From Callorhinchus milii (taxonomy: Eukaryota): a stretch of DNA of 64,000 nucleotides. Shown one piece after another: positions 1 to 8,964 of the stretch. Location: positions 52,454,001 to 52,518,000 of the forward strand of contig NW_024704742.1 in NCBI RefSeq assembly GCF_018977255.1. Direction: 5' to 3'. Position numbers and translations under genes: made by a program. The notes beneath the pieces are model-generated. The model did not search any database, had not been told where the DNA came from, and saw only the letters and a program-made list of their open reading frames with translations. The number at the start of each line of letters is the position of its first letter. The first letter of the stretch is position 1.

Positions 1-929
1 ACATCTTATCAATGAGACTTAGAATTGTAGACATGTATCAAACAAGCATGGTTTGATAACTGAAATATTGGTTCAGCTGAGGAACTATGTTGTGTTCCTT
101 ATAGCAAAAAATAGGTGCAAACATACATTTATTTGGGAATGAATAGCAATTCAAAATACTCCATACATAGGATCCCCACTTAATGATAAACAATGGACAA
201 ATCTCTGGTAACTTTTCATGATATTTGCTCAACTGGTATTGGCTGTATATATTAGGGTTTACAACCTTCAGAACATGTCTACAATTCCAAGTCTCATTGA
301 TAAGATGTGCTGGCCAATTTCAAGAAAACAAACAATTATAGGCACCATCAGCTACCTCCACCAAGTGGCCTCAGGGTGCAGAGTGAGGGTCAACAGGCAG
401 CCACACACTCACGCACTTCCTAGCTGAAATCACTGGATAGTGATAAAGAACAGGAAGCCTGGCTGACCGTTTCCTCTCTTTAGCCTAGGGAAGGGATGAA
501 CTAAATATGCACGGACTATGGATTTAACCTGGGGCTTCTGGCTTGGATGGATCAGTGCCTTTCCTGACTGGGCCATCAAAGGCACACAATTCTTTAGATT
601 TCATATATTTATATGTATTTTTCAAATAGGTTTATTATACAAGGTTTGCATTTTTTACAATTGCTTTGTTTCCATCCAAAAATGTGAGTTGGCTTATTAG
701 TGATATTGCCTTAATTGCCAAACAACTTGTTTTCCATTCTTCTTCTCCCATAATAAATAGCTAACTCACAGCAAACTGAAACAGCTGCATTTTTACCGTA
801 CAAGTTCTTCTTTAACTGTTTGTAATTATACAGTTCTCAGATCTCAAAGTTCAAGTCTGCCCAGGCTCTTTCAGTCTCCATGGGACTTGTTTTAATGAGA
901 AGCTGAGACAGACATTCTTCGGTACTTAC

Positions 930-1038
930 TGGTTACATGAAAGATGATCTCTCTCTCATCTTGTCCCACTTTGTTAATAGCCCGGCATCTGTACATTGCA
1001 CAGACATTCGCTGCCTGGATTATGAGCGAACTGACCAT
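930..1038 (-). CDS. kdr: KDR exon 12 ([36 protein letters not shown]), end of Ig D5; gene continues beyond the window
   Basis: Acceptor ttttctggtag|, donor A|gtaagt; 109 nt; matches human [36 protein letters not shown]. Confidence 0.97.
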
Positions 1039-1939
1039 CTACCAGAAAATATCAGGGAGAAAAAGAAGGTACACGTAAATTTTAAAATGCATTCAACTGA
1101 GTAAAGATTTTTTTTATTTTGGGTCAGTTACTGTGCTTAATAGTCACCAAAGTGAGTTCCATATATACATTGAAATTTATGTTAGTACTTTGGCTTGCAC
1201 GGTCAACAGGAACTAAGTGGAAAGAATCCCTTTTCCCAGTGACTGGTCTGAACCCTCCACGGCCTACCAACAACCCAGGCTAGTCTGCCATCAACAGTGC
1301 ATTGGAGTCCTGTGGACCTGCCTGACTCAGAAACAGATCCAGCTTCTGAGGTAGTAGCAGAAAATTAATTCGATTCTGATATTCCATTGCCAGGCCCATG
1401 ACCTTGAAGCTATCTCAGCCCAACATAGACCTCTCTCACCTAGTCTAATTGTTTAATTTGTTTAGTCTAATTTGATAAAGTAAATTAAGTAATTCAAACA
1501 CACAGATCTAAACAGTTGCATGATGCAATTTACAGATATGAATTTAAACACATCATTTTTGGATATGATTTTCTGCCACTCTGAAGGTCATATCTTCAAA
1601 ATAAAGACAATGAAAGAGAATAGGAAATGCAGGAGACTTTGTTTAGTAAAAGCCTAATAAGTATTTGAAACAAACTCTGAGCACAGATTGTGGAACAAGA
1701 AACTGCATAGCATTTCAAAAAGGAACTAGACAAGTTTCTGACAACTAAAAACATTTAGGATTTTTAGATTTCAAGCTTAATACATCAGGAGACTTGAGTA
1801 GGAAATCGAATGGGTTGACTAGATGATTTGATGGCCTACTCTCACCTGAAATTGCTACTCTGATAGTTATATGTTATAGTTTCCTTTAAGAACTGTATAG
1901 TATTAATGTAATGCTAGTCATATTTAATACATATAATCA

Positions 1940-2318
1940 AAATGCAAAATACTGAAGATGCTGGAAATCTGAAACAAAAACAGAAGCCCTGGGAACACTC
2001 AGCAGGTCAGGCAGCATCTATGGAGAAAGGAAAGTAAGTCAATGTTTTAGGTCCATGACCCTTCATCAGAACTGGGGCATGTTGGGAGGGAGAGGCTTTT
2101 AAGGGCTAACAGAGAAGGGGGAGACAGGGCAAGGAAGACAATGGAGAAAATGGGGGTAGAGGACAGAGGATGATGGATTAAAGAGGTATTAATGTTGCAA
2201 AACAAAAGGGGGAGAAATTGCAACAAAATAAGCAGACCAGAGAGAGAAAAGGTGTGGCTCATTGGGCCATAGATGCTGCCTGACCTGCTGAGAGTTCCCA
2301 GTGACTTCTATTTTTAAT
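1940..2318 (-). mobile_element. Penelope-like element remnant with inverted terminal segment and degenerate hammerhead motif
   Basis: 35-bp inverted repeat 1989-2023/2267-2301 (1 mismatch); motif CTGATGA-stem-AAAACATT; related copies at 8545-8651 and ~45438-45541. Confidence 0.65.
2037..2073 (-). ncRNA. Degenerate minimal hammerhead motif (GAAA>AAAA, ACGT>ACAT)
   Basis: Minus strand reads agtt-CTGATGA-agggtcatggacct-AAAACATT-gact; helix II ggtc/gacc intact. Confidence 0.45.
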
Positions 2319-2362
2319 ACTTATAGTGTCTGTTTAGTCACATTTATCAGTGTTAAATTCAC

Positions 2363-2486
2363 CTTTTTGATCCCTGCATCGAAAACAGTTCGGTTACTTT
2401 CAATCCTGTTGCCTCCATCATTGTTTGCAATATTCCTCCAGTGTCTGCGGTCAGAGGATGCACCAGGTGTTTCAGACTCCTTGTGA
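2363..2486 (-). CDS. kdr: KDR exon 11 (P-HKESETPGASSDRRHWRNIANNDGGNRIESNRTVFDAGIKK), Ig D5
   Basis: Acceptor ttcttttgaatagcag|, donor AAG|gtgaat; 124 nt (same as recalled human exon 11); WR-x6-GGN-x-IE motif; phases fit exons 10 and 12. Confidence 0.92.
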
Positions 2487-3278
2487 CTGCTATTCAAAAG
2501 AAATACAAATCAGTTTATCTTCTATAGATCACCTTTCCATATTTTAAAGCTCTGAGCTTTCAACTACAAGTTTAAAATATATATTTGGGAGTGTATTTGA
2601 GTGAAAGTGAGACTGGGGTCCACTTCATCCTTTTGGAGGCAAAGCAATGTTGTTTCCAGAGTTAAAGCAATATGAAGCAGGAAGACTGATCTACCCTCCC
2701 CATTGCCAGAGCTAAGTACAGTTCAGAATATTCGCAAAGTGCACGTGCAGAACCCGAATAGTACGTGGTAGATATTAATGTTATTAAAGAACCAGTTCCT
2801 CCTTAAAAAACGCAATGCCCTTGTACCAGCCAATAAGCTTCAGGGTACTATTCTGAAAACAGAATAGAGCTTTTTGCCAGTGTTTCTTGTTCTTGCTACT
2901 GACATTGCTGGTTTGGGATACACAGTTTTTGCTTCTCACTGCAATTCCCGTTGTGAAGTCACAATTAAGGGCTTAAAACCAGTTTGTAAGTTGTGAATTT
3001 TTCACCTCAGAAACAATCAGCTGACAGACAGCAAGATTTGCTGTCAAGAAAAGGATTCATATCAGATTATTAAAGGTGGACAGCTCATTGATTTTTTAAG
3101 CATACTTTTTTTACAAATGGTTCAATGATGTAAGGGAAGCATTACGTAGACATGGGCTGATTTTGAATAAACAATAGTATTTAAATAGTATTTTTCATGC
3201 AGGCAATGGTCCTTTCATTCATAAGCAAAATATAAATGGAAGAATAAAATGAAAATATTATTTAAACTTCTTATGTGA

Positions 3279-3557
3279 TTCCCAGTTAGGATGCTAGCAG
3301 GAAGTCTCTATTTTGGGAAACAAAGCTCTTTGACAAATTAGTTTTGTGGCCAGAGACACTTCAAGGAAGATAAGGAGACAGAGAAATCTCTGCAGTTCTC
3401 AATGAGATGCTTGCATCCGTGATTGGGAAGGGAAAACAATGGAGGTGGCTGAGGAACAATTTAATGGAAGTTAGTGACCAAACCAACAACAGGAAAGCAG
3501 ATTGCCCAGGATTGACATGCAGGAAGTGAACCGGATCTTCTGCTGGGCCAAGATAAG
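3279..3557. promoter_or_regulatory. Candidate endothelial/arterial enhancer in KDR intron 10 (Flk1in10-like)
   Basis: Non-repetitive 280 bp with several ETS cores, 3 RBPJ TGGGAA, 3 SOX, 2 AGATAAG and 1 FOX:ETS-like motif. Confidence 0.65.
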
Positions 3558-4075
3558 AGAGGCCTAATGGGCTTGGGCATTCACTCTGAATATCAATCAG
3601 CATACTTCTATGATGGGTACATTTTGGGCAGATAATACGCCATCAGTTTGTTTTACTTTCAATTGCTTTACATAGGTGACTGTTTTACAAGCTGGTAATA
3701 ACTGAAACATTGGTCATGTATCCCACGGATGCAGGAGGAAACAGAGCAGCCTCTATATCAACGTCTGGTCAGTAAGCGTGCTTACATATGTCTGATGTTC
3801 CTCACTGAATTATATAGGCTTTCTATTTCATTCTTATATCAAAGTCAAAGTTTATAATCTTTATTTAATAAAGTGAGCTGTAAGGACTTTTACACCTTTG
3901 TTTTGTGTATTGTATATTGTAAGCCTTAAGTCACTTTGCAACCTTATTTTCCTTTTGAGGCAAAAAACACGTATGGAATAATTATGAAAGTTTGTGTCTG
4001 ATAAATGGGAAATGTGAAACCCCACGTTTCAGCTTACATGAGCACTCTATGGTGTGTGGTCAAGCTGATTGACAA

Positions 4076-4390
4076 TTAACAACAACAAAATTACATTTAT
4101 AGAGCGCCTTTCACATCGGGAGGACGTCCCAAAGCGCTGAACAGTCAGGGGTCAGGACCCGAGCATGGGGAAGGGGTGGTGTAGGGGTGAGGGAAGACAG
4201 AGAGGTGGGAGTGAGACCAAAGGCACAATCGAAGAGAAGGGTCTTGAAACCGGCCTCGAAGGAGGCGAGGGAGGAAGCGAGGCAAAGGGACTGTGGAATA
4301 GAGTTTCCATGGTCCCTTCGGTCCCTACAATAACAACAACTTGCATCTACATAGCGCCCTTCATGAGAAGTAGCATCCCAAAGCGTTTTT
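4076..4390 (-). mobile_element. Two tandem L2 3' ends in KDR intron 10
   Basis: caacaac...atttatagagcgcctttcacatcgggaggacgtcccaaagcgct tail. Confidence 0.8.
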
Positions 4391-4509
4391 TATATATATA
4401 TATGTATATATATATACAGTATATAATACACAGTCAGTTTGGTGTGGGGCATGGTTCATCTCATTCATTAAGTCTCATTATTACTAGAGAAATATCTACA
4501 GTTACTTAC

Positions 4510-4663
4510 GGGTAATCGAAAGAACAGTTCTCCACTGGATGCCATTCCCAGAGAATCTCTGTGGGTGCAGGAATGCCATCCACAGTACAGATCAGAGTTT
4601 GTCTGCTTCCATAGTTGTAGTCAGTGTGTGAAGGCATTCCTTTTTCGAGAATTTGGGGGGGAA
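4510..4663 (-). CDS. kdr: KDR exon 10 (V-PPQILEKGMPSHTDYNYGSRQTLICTVDGIPAPTEILWEWHPVENCSFDY-P), Ig D5
   Basis: Acceptor ttcttggcag|, donor CC|gtaagt; 154 nt; VPPQI-x-EK and QTL-x-CTV motifs. Confidence 0.97.
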
Positions 4664-5110
4664 CTGCCAAGAAGTCAAATATTAGAATGACATTCACAGA
4701 AAACATTCGTTCTCATAGATACATTTCCCAAATACAGTTTGTTTGGACTCATTTTGTGCACTGTACTCACAGACACAGGAAATTAGCTATAAAAAATATT
4801 CATGTATATTAAATGGTATTTCATTTTAAACCCAATGTCTTGTGGAATACAAGATATTGGGTTTAAATTGCAGCTGAGACATAAATATTGAGTCAAGGAG
4901 TCGTCAAAAAATCCAAAATCTTTACATGGGCCAGGCAACCATTTTCGGACCTGGAATATCTTCATCCACAAAATGTACAGTCAATTCACTTTACAGTATA
5001 TTTTGCGAAATGTTTTGAGACGGTCTTGAAGACGTGATGAGGTACTATATAAAATGCCAGAATTATTATTAGTAGTAGTATTCGCTGCATATCATAAACA
5101 TTCACACTTT

Positions 5111-5394
5111 CTGAAATTTCTCACTGTTTTAGCCTTATCTTAAAATTTAAGATTGTGCAGAAATTTGGGAAATTCTCAAATTCAGTATTTATGTGTAATA
5201 ATAATAATCCTTGCATTTGGTATGGCACCTTATCACATCTTCAAGATAAGGCGTAAGCTGACGTTTACCTGGTTCTTAAAAATAACAATGGAAAAAAATG
5301 CTTTCAGTTTGAGATTTTACAGCTCAAGAATTTTCCGAATCAATTTCAGCACAATCGAACATTCTAAAACAAAATCCTGAGAAATTTCAGGCCG
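5111..5394. mobile_element. Palindromic MITE-like element, family A (with a SINE-tail insert)
   Basis: Perfect 13-bp terminal inverted repeat ctgaaatttctca / tgagaaatttcag. Confidence 0.6.
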
Positions 5395-5616
5395 TCAAAG
5401 TATTTATATGAACCCTTTAGGTTATAGTTAATGTTTCCAAGCCGTTGAGTGTTGCTGTAAAAAGTGTACTCCACTTCACCTGGCAAATCAAATTGGGAAG
5501 TCAATGTGATGAGCCTCCACATATTTAAAAGCAGTACAAATGCACAATTGTGAAAAATAGCTCAATATGCTCCTAAAGTTGTAACCTCTATTGCACAGGG
5601 TTTCCATAAGGTGTCC

Positions 5617-5944
5617 TGGAGTCCTGTAGCTCAGTGGTTAGAGCACTCGCTTTGCAAGTGAGGGACCCGAGTTCAATTCCAGGCAGGGCGAAACCTTGGG
5701 CAAGTTTCTTTACTCCACACAGAGCCTAATAATAATCCCTCCAAAAAACAAAACAATAATAAATTGGTCATTTTCAATCTACGACTGTTTGTGGGACATT
5801 GCTGTGCGCAATTGGCTGCCGTGTTCGCCCACAAATATACAGTCAATTCACTTTACAGTGTGTTCTGTGAAGCGCTTTGGGACGTCCTCCCGACTTGAAA
5901 AGCGCTATATCAAATGCAAGGATTATTATTATTATTATTATTAT
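5617..5944 (+). mobile_element. tRNA-derived SINE, short subfamily (tRNA-Ala-like head, CORE-like segment, Deu-like domain, L2 tail, (TTA)n)
   Basis: A box tagctcagtggttagagc, B box gttcaattcc, gctgtgcgcaattggctgcc domain; many near-identical copies in the window. Confidence 0.92.
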
Positions 5945-6466
5945 AAAGTCCTGGTACCCCTGTTTTTTTTTCTACATTGCACTGACTAACAACTGAAACA
6001 TGTGGAAGAATGATGGTAAGTGTAATAATAATAATAATAATCCTTGCATTTACTGTATTGTGTTATCATGTCTCATAGGTGTCTCAAAGCGCTTCACAAA
6101 ATAATTTGTAAAGTGAAATGATTGCATATTTTGTGGGCAAAACTTCTAAATTGTATATAGAAGTACTTAATTGTATTTAGTACAAGTGTTTAATTGTACT
6201 TAGTTGTCCAGTTGTCCAGAGGATTGGTGTGTGTGAGCGCCATCATTTTCACAGCAGATAATGATGGGTCGGCATGTTCAGTGCGACATCTTCCATAAGA
6301 TGGAAGGAGTGACACGGTGAAATACATCACTGACAGCTTGTTTCATGGCTGTTTGTTTCTACCCCTCTGTAGTCTCATATCAATTCTAACTGGGTGGGGC
6401 GGGGAGGGGGTAAGACGATTTTGTGGACACCTTGTATGTAGACCAATGTAAAAATAGGCTTCTTAC

Positions 6467-6648
6467 CATTTACTATAAGTTGAATCGTATGACTCTGCTC
6501 TTCTTTTGTTATTGGATTCTTAAGTTGAATGGTGTAATTCCCAGCATCTTCTTTAGTCACATCTCTGATCATCAGTGTGTACTTGAGGTCTTTTTCCTTT
6601 AATCTGTCATGTGTTTGATACTTGCTAAGTGGCCTTCCATTCTTGGTC
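6467..6648 (-). CDS. kdr: KDR exon 9 (W-TKNGRPLSKYQTHDRLKEKDLKYTLMIRDVTKEDAGNYTIQLKNPITKEEQSHTIQLIVN-V), Ig D4
   Basis: Acceptor ctcctgtgttgctcaag|, donor G|gtaaga; 182 nt; D-x-GNYT-x-x-L-x-NPI-x-KE-x-QSH matches VEGFR2. Confidence 0.96.
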
Positions 6649-7195
6649 CTTGAGCAACACAGGAGAAGTTACTTCATGGTAGTTACTTCACCAGCAATTG
6701 GAACTTCATTGAAAATTACTCCAAAACTTGGTGAAATATAGTCGTGTTATACAATTAATCAATGCAGTCTATCTGGTTCAGTATTCTTATTATCCAAGTA
6801 TTCTAATTTTCAATGTCAATTTATGAACAAATCAATGTAGTTAATGTCAGTTATACAGAGTAATAAAATATTAAGGGTTATTGCGAAGGGCCAGGGAAAT
6901 GGGATTAAAGATCAGCCAATATTTAATAAATGGGCAGAACAGACTCGATCAGCTGAATGGCTCTTCCTGTTTTTCTAAGTTTCCTACCATAAATATAAAT
7001 AATGGTTACTCCATACTGAAAATTGTAGTACTGTGTATGATTAGCTTTCCAAATTATTTTTGGAAATGAAACTTAGATTGAAATCAAATACACAAATACT
7101 GTACTTTTATTTTGCAATGAAATATTCCTGCAGAATAAAAGACACAGCAGGTTTGCTTATCCCTTGATGCTACAGTAATTCATTTAGCCAATTAC

Positions 7196-7313
7196 CATTT
7201 AATCTTTGGTTGGGGATAGGCCAAAACCTTCAGTGGGATTGTGACATTCCGTACTCCCACCACCGTCTCAATGATAGTTCCAACTGTGTGATCTATAAAG
7301 ATGAAAGGTTTCT
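7196..7313 (-). CDS. kdr: KDR exon 8 (E-KPFIFIDHTVGTIIETVVGVRNVTIPLKVLAYPQPKIK-W), Ig D4
   Basis: Acceptor gttttcag|, donor TG|gtaatt; 118 nt; EKPF...YP-x-P-x-IKW. Confidence 0.96.
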
Positions 7314-7941
7314 CTGAAAACAAATAATGAAACAAAGTCAGATCCAAAACCATAATCTTCCCATTGAAAACATGAGGCTTGGGAGACTGTGAACAGCATG
7401 AGAAGTGAAGGGTTGGTGTAAGACAACATTCTTCTAGGTTTTTGAACCAGGAAAACAGATTTTAAAGCACAGTTGGAGTGTGTGAACAGCACTGTGGAAG
7501 AGTTGTGAAACAGTCATTACAACATGGAAAAATTATTTTGCACATTTCTGAATGTGCAAAATACAGAAACACTTTTCTAACATGACGTGGATGCTTCACT
7601 AAATATTCAAAGAGCAGACTTTTAAACTGAGATTAAACTAGTATCATTTTGCATAATACTGCCATCGTGGACATTAAAATTGGGTTCAAGCAAAGAATAG
7701 ATTTCTAGATGTGGGTTTCCTATGAATACTGCATCAGATGGGGAGAAAAATATGTTTAGAAACTACAACAACTTGCATTTATATAGTGCCCTTTCACATG
7801 GGTAGCATGTCAGAGTGCTTAACAGTGATGTGGTTTGACTGGAAAGAGAAGGGAGGCGATTTAAGGTGTGGTCAAAGGGAAAGAAAGGTCTTCAGGTGTG
7901 ATTTGAAGATGAGCAATGTGATACTTAAAATAAGAGCTCAC

Positions 7942-8113
7942 CATGGATGATCACATTAGTGCTGTTCTCCTTTACCATCATCCCACTTGAAGCTTTACAG
8001 TAATATTTGCCACTGTGACCTCTTGTCACATTTTCTTTAATAAAGACGTTTGAGAGTTCCAGCTCGTTTTCTAGTTTTCGTTTATTTGGTTTAATTTCTA
8101 CATCAGTGTCCTG
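7942..8113 (-). CDS. kdr: KDR exon 7 (QDTDVEIKPNKRKLENELELSNVFIKENVTRGHSGKYYCKASSGMMVKENSTNVIIH-E), Ig D3
   Basis: Acceptor ttttatttacag|CAG (tandem acceptor, alternative start 8110), donor G|gtgagc; C-x-ASSG-x-M-x-K-x-NST matches VEGFR2. Confidence 0.95.
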
Positions 8114-8544
8114 CTGTAAATAAAAGTTTATGTCATGTTTCCATAAAGATCAAATAATACAAGGTGTAGAATCGACTGAACATTTTCCACAGTAACAACA
8201 GCATAAATAATAATAATTATTGCATTATTATTATTTGATATAGCGTCTTTCATGTTGGGAGGACATCTCAAAGCGCTTCACATGATTTACTATAAAGTGT
8301 AGTGACTGTGTATTTTGTGCGCAAATGTGGAAACCAATTTATGCATAGCAAAGTCCCATGAACAGTCATTAAGTGAATTTTAAACTGGGGATTGTTGGGC
8401 AGGACACCGGGAGAAACTACTTTCTCTTTTTAAATAGTACCATGCGATCTTTAATGCCCATCTCAACAACAACAACAACAAGATTCCATTTATAAAGCGC
8501 CTTTCACGTCAGGAGGACGTCCCAACCTCAACCTCTTTAACTAA

Positions 8545-8651
8545 AGAAACAAAAACAGAAGTTGCTGGGAACACTCAGCAGATCAGGCAGCATCTATAGA
8601 GAAAGGAAAGTGAGTCAACGTTTCAGGTCCATGACAGTTCGTCAGAACTGG
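8545..8651 (-). mobile_element. Penelope-like terminal fragment
   Basis: Homologous to 1970-2075 (aaacaaaaacagaag...cactcagcag.tcaggcagcatctat...). Confidence 0.65.
8613..8649 (-). ncRNA. Minimal hammerhead ribozyme motif (PLE type), core intact, helix II partly disrupted
   Basis: Minus strand reads agtt-CTGACGA-actgtcatggacct-GAAACGTT-gact; helix I agtt/gact, palindromic ACGT helix III. Confidence 0.55.
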
Positions 8652-8801
8652 ACAACCCTTGGGAGTGCTTTGCAGTGAAACACCAACTGCTTATTTATGT
8701 AATGAAGAGGGTAAAGATATTCTAACCATTATATAGAGTTGTCCCGAACAATAAAAATATGTGTTTCCAAAATAGGGTCTCAAGATTTTTATCTTTTTTA
8801 C

Positions 8802-8941
8802 CTCCATTCCAGGATATTTCCATTTAAACTCCAATCTGACATTGAGTTCAGTTCTGGCAGTGCAGTTAAGTATCAAGCGTTCCCCTACAGCCAGCTCCAC
8901 TGAGGGCTGAGGGTTTAGTGTCAGCTCACGAATCTCAGTTC
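8802..8941 (-). CDS. kdr: KDR exon 6 (G-TEIRELTLNPQPSVELAVGERLILNCTARTELNVRLEFKWKYPGME), Ig D3
   Basis: Acceptor ctcctgtag|, donor GAG|gtaaaa; 140 nt; LNCTARTELNV is identical to human VEGFR2, which favours KDR over FLT1/FLT4/KDRL. Confidence 0.97.
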
Positions 8942-8964
8942 CTACAGGAGTGAAAACAAACATA

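Noticed and set aside
3855..4509. Soluble-receptor isoform by intron 10 read-through (immediate TAA, downstream AATAAA near 3860)
   Set aside because: Such signals are expected by chance in AT-rich introns; it would truncate mid-D5, and the known soluble VEGFR2 uses intron 13, outside this window
5696..5989. Recurrent ORFs of the type MGKFPYST...KRYIKCKDYYYY (also 53019, 61958, 62932, 22585)
   Set aside because: Chance reading frames through SINE copies; non-ATG starts and frameshifts differ among copies
6540..6570. IRDVTKEDAG as a KIT/PDGFR-type D4 homotypic motif
   Set aside because: The motif L/I-x-R-hydrophobic-x-x-x-D/E-x-G needs Arg at position 3; here it is Asp, as in ordinary VEGFR D4 sequences
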